Assembly (NCBI RefSeq): GCF_016433145.1
Contig: NC_058132.1
Span: forward strand, 63,597,641 to 63,661,640
Direction: 5' to 3'
DNA: 64,000 nt
Source: Gracilinanus agilis
Taxonomy: Eukaryota
Numbering within the stretch: position 1 is the stretch's first letter; every line of letters begins with the position of its first letter. A program made the translations under genes and the position numbers. Below the pieces are notes generated by a model. It searched no databases. It saw only the letters and a program-made list of their open reading frames with translations, and was not told the DNA's origin. Positions 28,270 through 38,860 of this stretch are shown piece by piece.

Positions 28270-28770
28270 TCTCCGCCCACGAACAACTTCTAATACAACA
28301 TAAATAGTAATAAATAAAATCCACCCTAACAAAGCTAAGGCTCAACCACCACATCAATACAATAACGAAACACCATTAAAATCTTGACCAATACAATGGG
28401 TCCCAGCAAAATCAAACAACTCAATAGCTATATTAATATGAACTTCTCCAGACAAATAATACCATACTGCTTCCATCAATAAAACAAACAATAACATACT
28501 TATAGCCACAACATTTCCAATCCATGTCTCCGGAAACTCTTCTGTAGCCATAGCAGCAGTGTAACCAAAAACTACCAATATGCCACCTAAGTAGACTAAA
28601 AAAACAACTAACCCTAAAAATACATCTTCTAAACATACCACCACCGCACAGCCTAAACCCCCACTAGCAACCAAACTTAACCCCCCATATACCGGAGAAG
28701 GCTTAGAAGCAAAAGCTACAAACCCTACGATCAATAACAAAGAAATAAAAAAAGTAATTATCATTTTTAT
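28270..28770 (-). pseudogene. MT-ND6: NUMT MT-ND6, intact frame in mitochondrial code
   Basis: 501 bp from ATA start to AGA stop. Reads MKM..FVAFASKPSPVYGGLSL...[24 protein letters not shown] with no frameshift. Confidence 0.95.
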
Positions 28771-28823
28771 TATTTTAGCATGGACTTTAACCATAACCTA
28801 TGGCATGAAAAACCATTGTTGTA
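28771..28823 (-). tRNA. MT-TE: NUMT tRNA-Glu, 5'-truncated at the NUMT junction
   Basis: Follows the ND6 start. TTC anticodon at 28809-28807. Mitochondrial similarity ends at cattgttgta. Confidence 0.85.
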
Positions 28824-30105
28824 GTATTACCTACTAGCTATGTAATCATCTATATCTGTGATGGAGAAACATCAAAAAAAAATAGCTGTAAGCCCAACCC
28901 CATCCCCTGAATGCAGGGGGGTGAGGGGTGGAATGCTGCATGCAGTGAGGCAGGGTATGGCACTCGGTCTCTAAAAGGTTCATCATCACTATAGTATCCT
29001 TAACTCTTTTTGTGTTTTACATAGATTTCTAAATAGCCCTTTCCTTTTCCTTCTTTTTCTCAATGAGTCATCCCTTAATAAAAAGAGGACAAGGGGGAAT
29101 GGAACATTGGGGCAGCGAGGTGGCTCAGTGGATACAGCCAGACGTGGAAACAGGAGGTCCTAGGTTCAAATCTGGCCTCAGATACTTCCTAGCTGTGTGA
29201 CCCTGGTCAAGTCACTTAATTCCCATTGCCTATCCCTTACCACTGTTCTGCCTTGCAACTAATAGATTCTAAAACCAAAGAATATGAGTTTTAAAATAAA
29301 AACAAACAAAAAAGTAACTGGCACTTCCAAAAAAGCCTGAAATTATATAAAGTGCACTACATGCATAGTTCCTCATCTCTACGAAGACAGAGACATACAT
29401 CTTCATATATCTCCCTAGTGGTTAAGCTTAGTCATAATATTTTACAACATTCAGTTTCAGTTGCTTTATTGTTTTTATTTACATTGTTGTAGGCAGCTAG
29501 CATTTTGCCTGAAGTGAGGGAGACATACCCAAGTTCAAATCTTTTCTCAGAAACTAGCTGTGTAACCCTGGTTAAGTCACTTAACTGCTATTTGCCTCAG
29601 TTTTCTCAACTGTAAAATGGGGATAATAATAATACCTACCTCCCAGGATTGTTGTAAGAAGCAAATGAGATAATGTTTGCAAAACTGGTGCTACAGAAAT
29701 GCTTATTTCCTTCCCTTCTCCTATCTCTTCCATCCCCACAGAGCATTGTTTTTCTTATTCTGCTTACTTCATTCTTTGTATTTTTCCCAAGCTGCTTCTA
29801 TATTCGTCAGATTCATCACTTCTGACAGTATAGTAATATTCTATTACATTAAATGTCACAACTTACTTAACCATTTCCCCAAATGATGGGCATATATACT
29901 TTGTCTATTTCTTTGCCACTACAAAAAGTACTATTTTATACATATACTCACGTATATGTATGCTAAGTAAACACAACTTTTAAAAATATCTCCCAAAGCA
30001 GCATGGCATAGTAAAAAATTGAGGATACAATGAGTCAGAAGACCTAAACTAAAATCTTAGTCCTTATATTTACTTGCCTACACTTTCTATTAACACCACT
30101 CTAAA

Positions 30106-30140
30106 GTGTGTGTGTATGTGTGTGTGTGTGTGTGTGTGCG
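30106..30140. repeat. (TG)n microsatellite
   Basis: Directly visible. Confidence 0.9.
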
Positions 30141-30501
30141 CGTGTGCACTCGAATGCGATCAACAAATGGAACTCTAAAAGTTGTAAACCTCAGTTCTTT
30201 CATTAATAAAATGGGGACGTTAAAGCTTGCTACTAACCTACCTCTGGGTCATTTTAAGAGGTCTGGCTATCTGCTACAAATGTACTACCTCCCCGTTCAA
30301 GAATTTCAGAATCTCCTTATCTAACCATAATCTATTAGCTTTTTACTATCTCTTCCTCCCCTTACATAACTCTATTCATCTGTGCTGTGCCTCCAACTCC
30401 TTGACCCTTCAATTCTCTCCCAGACCATTTCTGCCATACTAGTCACTCTCTCCTATTCTCTCCATCCTGATTCCTTGGCAAACCAATTCAACTCTCTACA
30501 C

Positions 30502-30692
30502 CAGTGGTTCCTAAATTTTTTTGGCCTACCACCCCCTTTCCAGAAAAAATATTACCTAGCCCCCTGGAAATTAATTTTTTTTATTTTAATAGCAATTAAC
30601 AGGAAAGATAAATGCACCTATAGCCATCACCGCCTCTCTGAATCACTGCAGCACCCACCAGGGGGCGGTGGCGCCCAGTTTGGGAATCACTG
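30502..30692 (+). mobile_element. hAT/Charlie-type MITE (191 bp)
   Basis: TIRs CAGTGGTTCCTAAA and TTTGGGAATCACTG. Perfect 8-bp TSD CTCTACAC at 30494-30501 and 30693-30700. Confidence 0.93.
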
Positions 30693-30873
30693 CTCTACAC
30701 TGTCCTACCTTCTTGAAGCCTTAGTCCCTTATATCACCAATTGTGCCCAGTCAAGCCTCAGCCTTGGGTCACTCCTACCATTGGTCACCTTCACTCCATA
30801 TACATATTACTGAACAAAGAGAAAGAAAATCAGGTAACTATTCTGGCTATAAATTTATATAAATTAACCTCAA

Positions 30874-31066
30874 GGGGGCAGCTGGGTAGCTCAGTGGATT
30901 GAGAGTCAGGCCTAGAGAAGGAAGGTCCTAGTTTCAAATTTGGCCTCAGACATTTCCCAGCTGTGTGACCCTGGGCAAATCACTTGACCCCCATTGCCCA
31001 CTCTTACCACTTTTCCACCCAGGAGCCAATACATAGAAGTTAAGGGTTAAAAAAAAATTTTTTTTA
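30874..31066 (+). mobile_element. SINE1_Mdo-like SINE
   Basis: gggggcagctgggtagctcagtggattgagag head, gaagttaagggtt-A tail, and ataaattaa-like flanking duplication. Confidence 0.92.
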
Positions 31067-31069
31067 AAT

Positions 31070-33230
31070 AAATTAATCTCAAGTAGGCCCTCACTATTGC
31101 TAGGCAATTCTACTGTTATCTCCCTTATCAATTCACTATCCCACTCTCCAAATCTTTTCATCCCTCCTTGAATCTCTCATGGCTCCCCTTCCCTCATTCT
31201 CTCAGCTGAGAACCTTGCCTCATATTTTAGAGAAAAAATTGAGGCTATTTGTTCTGAATTTCCTCTTTTCCTCATCTCACTCAGATGCCTCCTGCCACTT
31301 TCTACTCTTTTACTCCTGTTTCACATGAAGTGGCCTTACTCCTTAATCAAATCAAGGATAAGTCCTCTATTTGTTGTTCATGCAATTCTAATCTGTCCAT
31401 CTCTTCCAACAGATTGTCTCTTCTGTCATCCCATTTCTTTCACTTATTTTCAAACTCTCTCTATTGGCTAATTTCCTTCTGCTTAAACAAACCCTCATGT
31501 CTTTTCCATCCTCCCTTGATGCTTCCATCCCTGGGAAACATCATTTTTATATCTCTTCTGCCCTTTGTAGTTAAACTCCTTGAAAAGGCTACAATAAATC
31601 ACTCTGCATTCTCTTCTCTCTCTTAAATACTTACAATCTAGATTCCAACTTTATCGACACTGCTCTCTCCAAAATAACTAAAGATCTCTCTCTTTTTTTT
31701 TTTAACCCTTACCTTCCGTCTTGGAGTTGATACTGTGTATTGGCTCCAAGGCAGAAGAGTGGTAAGGGTAGGCAATGGGGGTTAAGTGACTTGCCCAGGG
31801 TCACTTGACTTCTCCTCAGCCTAGACACTGTTGATCTCTACTCTCGAATATTCCTTGTTACTCTCTTCTCTCTAGGTTTTCAGGACACCACTCTCTCCTA
31901 CCTATCTGACTATTTCTTGTCTGTCTCCTTTACTGGATCCTCCTCCAGATCAGTATTTCTAACTAGATATCCTTCAGGGTTTTGTCCAAGGTGGATTTCA
32001 TGTCTCTGCCTATGCTATTTCACTTGTTGGACTCATCTGCTCCCATAGATCAAATTACCGTCTCTATGCTAATAATTCCCAAATCTATCTTTCCATCCCC
32101 AGTCTTTCTGCTGACCTCCAATCTCACATTTCCAACTGCCTTTTAGATATCTCAAATTGGATGGCCAATAGACAAACTCATTATGTCCAAAACAAAACTT
32201 ATCATTCCTTCTAAAATCTCCTCTCATTCCTATCTTCCCTATTACCACAGAAAACACTGTTGTACCCGAATTTTAATACCTAACCCAGGTTTGTGGCCAG
32301 AGGAAGAATCACACTGACAATGCAATATGCAAGAAGAGGCTCATTCTTTACTAGCAATAATAGCTAGGGTTGCTAGGCAGAGAGGCTTGGCTGAACCAAC
32401 CCCTTGAAATTCTTAGTCAATGGTTTATATAGAAATGTTTGGGGAAGGGAGTTGGAACATGTCATCAAGGCAGGGACAGGGAATCAGGAAGCACCTGAGG
32501 GCCATCCATCAAAGGGGAAAAGAGGGGTGTTAGGGTCAGGGGTCAGAAAGCCTCTGGTAAGATATTTATGTCTTGGGAACTTTCTTGCCTGGAAATTGAT
32601 TTTAGGCCTGTCAGGGGAAGAAAAGAAAGACTGTACTGGGAAACTTTTGAGGCTGGGGGGTTTCAGGAGACTGACCAAGGTGAGGGCCAGGAAGCAGCTT
32701 ACTGAACAGGTTAGAAATAGTTCAGTAGTCTGTCAGGCTGATTTTTAAACCCAACAACACCATCCTCCAAGGCCCTCAGGCTCACAACCTAAAAGTCATC
32801 CTGGATTCCTCACTATCTTTCACCCCTCTATCCAAGCTGTTGCCAAGGGCCTGTCAATTTCACCTTTGCACCATCTCTCAAATATATGGCCCCCTTGTGA
32901 CATTGCCACCACTCTAGTGCAGACCTTCAACACCTCACAAGGCCTTGATTATTATAATAACATGCTGGTGAGTTTACCTCAAGTCTCTCCCCACTCCAAT
33001 CCATCTTCCATTGAGCAATTAAAGTTAATTTTCCTACAGGTTCAATAATGTCAAACCATCCTACCACCACCTCCAGGAACAAATATCAAATCATCTGTTT
33101 GACAGTGAAAGCCCCTGCCTCCTCCTACCTTTCTGGTTTTCTTAATCCTCCAGAGCAAAGACATATTTTGTGCCTCTTTTTGTATCCCCACCCCTTAGAA
33201 CATAGTAGATGCAAAATGTTTTTTGAATGA
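31070..33230 (+). mobile_element. LINE-2 3' fragment, interrupted by a partial SINE (about 31695-31805) and an LTR
   Basis: Pyrimidine-rich L2-like text (ctaggtttt-caggacaccactctctcc) ending in an L2 tail (catagtagatgcaaaatgttttttgaatga). Confidence 0.8.
32258..32756. mobile_element. Solo LTR (ERV1-like, 499 bp) inserted in L2
   Basis: TGTTG...CAACA termini and a perfect 4-bp TSD ACAC (32254-32257 and 32757-32760). L2 sequence continues across the insertion. Confidence 0.85.
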
Positions 33231-33458
33231 TTGGAATACAGCTTAAAGAACAAATTTAAGTTTTTCATGCCCATGTTTAGACAGCTCTTGAATAGGCATA
33301 TTTGTTTTCTTGAAAGGTCAATGGGATGGGATGGGATGGGAGTGACTTTAATTATTTTAATTAACCTAATTATTTTGAAGGGGAGATTGATCTACACCTG
33401 TGACTCTGCGAGGAACTTCCTAATGTGGAAAGTCACTATTAAAGAAGAACAATATAGG

Positions 33459-33712
33459 TTTTTGTTTGTTTGTTTGTTTGTTTGTTTTTGAGATTGGGTT
33501 TCCATATCTCACTGGGGATAGAAATGTAGTGGCCACTCATAGACCTGATTGATCCCACTACAAAACTGATAAGCATAGCAATGACTTGCTTCATCTTTTA
33601 TATGAACTGGTTTGCCCCTCCATAGGCAATAGCCCCTTAACATAAGCACTCCATCAGCTTTAGCCCTAATATAATTTAGGACTCTTGAATTCAAGAGATA
33701 CACTAGCCTTGG
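33459..33712 (-). pseudogene. Decayed 7SL (SRP) RNA retrocopy with an A-rich (CAAA)n tail
   Basis: Blocks align by eye to the 7SL reverse complement (gagattgggttt; gtagtggccactcatag; gatcccactac; ggtttgcccctcccataggcaa; ggactcttgaattcaagagat). (TTTG)n at 33459-33489 is the tail. Confidence 0.75.
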
Positions 33713-34560
33713 TTGCACTTCCCCATCCTAGGATAGTTTTAGAAGGTTGCCAGGGGTATTAAAAGGTTAAGTGAGTAACTTAAACTCAGTAATTTATGAC
33801 TCTGAGGCCAGCTCACAATTTATTATGCAACACAGACTCTCACTAAATAATAATAAACAAATAATAATTTATTTGATAATAACAAAAAAATAAACAAAAA
33901 ATAATAAAAATAGTAACCCTATCTTAGACTTCTATAGAACCTATTTTCCAAAGAAATTAAAATCCTTCACTTAAATTCTGCATCAAAATTCCTTTGCATT
34001 TTATGGTTATAAACTCAATTATTTCGGCTCTTTCATCCTCCTATCAGAAATTATGAGAATCAGAGTTATTGCTTCATTTTCAGATAGAAAAACAAAAATG
34101 TAGAGTAGAGAAATTGCAGGTACATGAGTTGTAGAGTCAAGACTAGTGTCCTCGTCAGTTAAAAGTTCTACTCAAGGGGCAACTACATGACTCAGGGGAT
34201 GGAGAGCCAGGCCCAGAGATGGAGGTCCTCAGTTCAATTCTAGTCTCAGACACTTCATAGCTATTGCCCAGCCTAAGCTCTTCTGCCTTAGAACCAATAT
34301 ACAGTATTGATTCTAAGATAGAAGGAAACGGTTTTAAAAAAAAAAGTTCTACCCAAAAGGTCCAGGAATCTAAACATTCAGCTAAGATTTCTAGCCTTCT
34401 AGTTCCATTCTCTGGCAGATATGTGCATGTCTATCAACATGCATACATACACACATACATAAATATTTTAGAAATACTTTTGTTTTGTGTCTCCTATCAA
34501 GCCTGCTTAAATTGACATCTTTGGCTGTTTTCCTTCTTTTTAAAAAAATTTTCCCAATAT

Positions 34561-35254
34561 TGTAGAATGTAAAAGGGAATTCTTTGTTCTCTTTGCCTAG
34601 TTAGAGCTAACACTTCGGTTAACAATAACTTAAGTACCACTACTTAGTACCTCACTAGATTGTGAAGACAGGATTAACCCTCCTTTGTCCACCTTTTGAT
34701 TGAATCAACAAAGGCTTGAATTAGATGGAAGAACTCACAAACCACTGTGATTGGCCCCTATGAAAAGGGGAAGAGACAAGAACCCACGATAAAAGGCCCA
34801 GAATTTCTGGGTGGGAGAGAAGGAAGTTCACTCCAAGAAGGAAGTCAGCTTCAAGAAGGAGTTGGATTTCAAGAGGGAAGTCAGCTTCAGGAAGATCAGC
34901 TCAAGGAAGACCTCAAGAATCACCTTCAGCTCAAGTCACGGTCTAGGCCTGCCTCTTGGAGGGAACATGAGTGAGTGGATAGCTGGCTTTCCCTGCCTGT
35001 CTTCTGGAATGAATTTAATTCCTTTTGAAGGTCAACAAGTTCTGGCTGAGTCAAGCACCAGAGCAATATTTAGTTAGATAGGCCAATGTCTTCTTTACCT
35101 TTTTTGTATTTCTCTGCTTTCAATCTTTCCACTCTTGCAAATAAAAGCTATTAAAGTCATTTCAACTTTGAGCAATAATACTTTGAATCGGCAACCACCA
35201 CTATTATTTATAATCTTCATATATTTTAGCCAACCATTAATTTTCACCTTTACA
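34561..35254 (+). mobile_element. Solo LTR with an internal 18-bp tandem repeat
   Basis: TGTA...TACA termini, AATAAA near 35139, and 4 copies of gaaggaagtcagcttcaa-like units at 34819-34890. Confidence 0.65.
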
Positions 35255-35580
35255 AGATACTACATGTGTGATATAGAATATGTGTCCAAGACAACTCTAA
35301 GGGACTTAATGACAAATAATGCTTTCCACTTCCAGAGAAAGAATTGTTGGAGTCAGAATGTAGATGAAAGCATATGATTTTTCATTTATTTATTTGAGTA
35401 TATTTAGGGGGGTTTGCTTTTATATGATCATTCACTTACAAAAACGAACACTATGGAAATATGTTTTGCATAAAAATATATTATAACCCAGATCTATTCA
35501 CTTGCTAGCTCTGGGAGGGGAAAGGGAATGGAGGGAGGAAGACAAATTTGATTATGTAACTTCAGAAAACTTACTGTGTG

Positions 35581-36508
35581 TGTGATAATGAGATTAAATC
35601 TACCTTGCCCAGTGTTGGGTAAACTATGGCCCTCAGGCCAGATGCAGCCCCCTGAAATGTTCTAAGGGGCTAGGGAGATATTATTCCTAATCTGATGAAT
35701 ACAATGAGTAGGATACAATACAATGAAACTTCAAAAGAGTTGCCTTAGAAACAGACTGACAGATGAGCACTTTTCCTTAGGCCTCCTTTTTAAAAAGTTT
35801 ACCCATCACTGACCTTCTTGCCCTTTCTCAAATCTAATCACTAAAAATGTAAACAACTCCACTTAACTCACAAGTTAGGAGGTCTGTGACCCACGTGTGC
35901 CAAAATGGGTAACTGAATTGTCAGAATTGACTGACTGCCCCCTACGCAGTCCTAAGAAAAAACGTCTATTGTGATTGGACACGTAAACTAAGAGGAAGGC
36001 ACAGAAGTGAAGAAAGAAATGGCCTGGATAAATTAAGAGCACTTCCAGGGTTCGACCCTTTTCGCTCATCTTATTCATGGCTTGGACCTGGAGGAGCTCT
36101 GGCTGGGACCCTGAGACCTTGTTGAGACTGTTCATAAATCTTTCTCTTAGAACTACAAGTGGTGAGTGAAGAAGGCTGACTGACTACCTTAACTTCCCTG
36201 GAGGTACTAGCCTCTGAGAGGTTCCCTTGATTGGGAGAAGCCCTAGTGGCTAAACCCCTTGCTAATTGACTTTTAGGCTCTCCAAGCAGAGGCCCTGCCA
36301 GAGTAAAGCCCAGACTTGAATATGATTCTAGTTCGTTAAGTTAGATCTCTTACTCTACCCTCTTCTCATCTCTCTACTTCCACCCTTCTCCTATATTTTG
36401 TAAATAAATTACTAAAATCATTTTAGGAATTGGTATTTATTCAGTTCCTTGGTGACCACACCTTAAATATTAATATATCCAACCAAAACCCCCTTTTTAC
36501 CCCTTACA
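35581..36508. mobile_element. Solo LTR interrupting an old L1-like 3' end and itself interrupted by a MITE
   Basis: TG...CA termini, possible TGTG duplication, CCAAT boxes and an aataaa-like signal. The flanks rejoin as gaaaacttac-tgtg-gaaatttg. Confidence 0.6.
35610..35811 (+). mobile_element. hAT MITE of a second family (202 bp) inserted in an LTR
   Basis: TIRs CAGTGTTGGGTAAACT and AGTTTACCCATCACTG. Degenerate TSD ACCTTGCC/ACCTTCTT. Confidence 0.85.
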
Positions 36509-38522
36509 TGTGGAAATTTGTTAATATATGTAATTGGTAAAAATGAAATAAAAAAATAAAAACATCCAAAAAACTAGAAAATGAGTAATACCCTGTGTTC
36601 AATAAACAAAGAATATAATATACTTGGAGAACTCCCTGTTTTTACAAGAACAGCTGAGAAACTATTAAGTAATTCGGAAGAATTAAACCAGCATCTTATA
36701 CCATGTATCACAGATAAACTAAAACACAGGCATGCCACTTAAATACAAAATAATCTCATAAAAAATTTGTAAGACACTGAGATATGGTCTCTTCTCAAGA
36801 TGGAATATTGAATATATTGTCAGACTCAGTTGACATGTTAATTAGGTTTGCTGATGTCCTTTTTTCCACCTTAAAAAAAAAAGTTCTTTGTTACAAGGAC
36901 TGGCTCACTTGTTAGAAGAGGGGTGAGGAAGTAATGTTAAAAAGATCATTTTTAAAATTTTTTTCAAGAAATTTAGTATTACAGAGAAAAATGGAGAAGA
37001 GCATGGTAGGTATTAGGGTGCTTCAACATATAAATAATCCTGAAGAATGGGAAATGTATAATTGAAAATAACCTTATTTAGGAAACCCCAAATTTACCCT
37101 TGTCCCAAGAGAACCTGACTACAAGAAAACCGCAGACTGACCCTTATCCCAAACTGAAGGAGAAACCATCTAGAACTCACAGAGCACTCAGAATAGGAGA
37201 GGCAGATGCAGTTAAATCTTAAGTACCTTTTTTGTCTTCTTAGTTTCTTATTCTATTTAGGCAGCTCCCAAGATAACCTAGCCTCAGGCTACAACCTTTT
37301 TTCAAGCCTCTGAATAACCAGTCATTTGTCCTTCTTTTCAAATATTACCTAAGGCATAAATATAACTCCAAGTTCTTTAATTCAATGGAAATTCCCATTA
37401 TTGGTTCCCCTACCCCCAGACATTGTTCTCAGAATTCCAGGGCTGGAAGTCTCAGTGTGGTATGTATATAATTGGTGGCAGTAGGGGCACTGTCTCCCTA
37501 TCCCTAATTAAAGACATGTTTCATTAACTACTTTGGTGATTCCGTGTTTTTTCAGGTTGACTAAAAGACGAAGCCTGGTGAAGTGATAAGGGCAAGTGAA
37601 GTGTTCCAATAGCTTCTAATTCTGTCATAGCCAAGAGAGGAAGGCCAGAACATCAGCTGAATACCCTGTGGCAAAAATAAAGGCGTATGAATCTACTGGA
37701 GTTCCACCAGAATGAGTAGGCATAGATAGTGATCTGCACTGCTGGAGGGAACAAAGATCACAGATCCATCTGAGTTTTAATTTTTGCCTACAATCTTAGA
37801 ATCTCGGTTCAAAGGCATTCAAACGGTAAGGGTTAGGCAACTGGGGTTAAATGACTTGCCCAGGGTCCCACAGCTAGTCTGAGACTAGATTTGAGCTCAA
37901 AACCTCCTGACTCTAGACCTGGCTCTCTATCCACTGAGTCACCTAGCTGCTTCGAATCTAACTGCATTTTAATAAATGTGTATAATATAGTCATTGCCCT
38001 CTCCATCATCTCATTAAGATAGGTCTTTCCTAGCCTCTCACTCAGTTCCTGTTCTGGCCCTTCTATTTCTGCATACCCTTTCATAGCAGTTTTTTCTTTT
38101 TATACATAAAACAAAAAACAGGACATTCCATACAATAAGCAAATTGGTAACTGAAGCCACTGAGATTTTAATGTTCACAGTCATATGTGTACCCTCCTTT
38201 TATACATAGGACATAGGCTCAGAACAGCCCCGTCCCTTCACTATATTCCACTATCACTTGGTTCCACTGCCCTCTTAACTCTTTCTCTATCCCCAGTCTC
38301 GGACCCTTAAACTTTCCCTAGACCCTACACCTCCAGTCGTCACTCTTCACTGGATTCCTACAATTATCAGCCCCCCAAAACCCTTCCTCCCCGCTCCACC
38401 GTCTCCCCTTAAGATACATGCCTCATCCCTGTCCCCCACACTCAAAGCATCTCCCGCCCCTTCCCCCAGGGTCCTCTCTGCTCCTCCCCCTCTCCACAGT
38501 CTCCCTGGCCCCCCACCCCTCC

Positions 38523-38860
38523 NNNNNNNNNNNNNNNNNNNNNNNNNNNNNNNNNNNNNNNNNNNNNNNNNNNNNNNNNNNNNNNNNNNNNNNNNNNNNN
38601 NNNNNNNNNNNNNNNNNNNNNNNNNNNNNNNNNNNNNNNNNNNNNNNNNNNNNNNNNNNNNNNNNNNNNNNNNNNNNNNNNNNNNNNNNNNNNNNNNNNN
38701 NNNNNNNNNNNNNNNNNNNNNNNNNNNNNNNNNNNNNNNNNNNNNNNNNNNNNNNNNNNNNNNNNNNNNNNNNNNNNNNNNNNNNNNNNNNNNNNNNNNN
38801 NNNNNNNNNNNNNNNNNNNNNNNNNNNNNNNNNNNNNNNNNNNNNNNNNNNNNNNNNNNN
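38523..38860. other. Assembly gap (338 N)
   Basis: N run. Confidence 1.

Larger units (their letters stand above)
25891..28824 (+). pseudogene. NUMT, a nuclear copy of about 2.93 kb of marsupial mtDNA (ND4 3' part to tRNA-Glu)
   Basis: Collinear mitochondrial order ND4-trnH-trnS(AGY)-trnL(CUN)-ND5-ND6-trnE, with TGA used as Trp. Nuclear repeats flank both sides, and TATTAC occurs at both junctions. Confidence 0.98.

Noticed and set aside
25891-28824. Mitochondrial block as contamination or a functional gene set
   Set aside because: The frameshift, CpG-type mutation, truncated ends and junction duplication favour a genuine non-functional NUMT. Junction-spanning reads are still needed for proof.
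34747-35077. ORFs with EGSQLQ-like repeats
   Set aside because: They are translations of an 18-bp tandem repeat inside a solo LTR.
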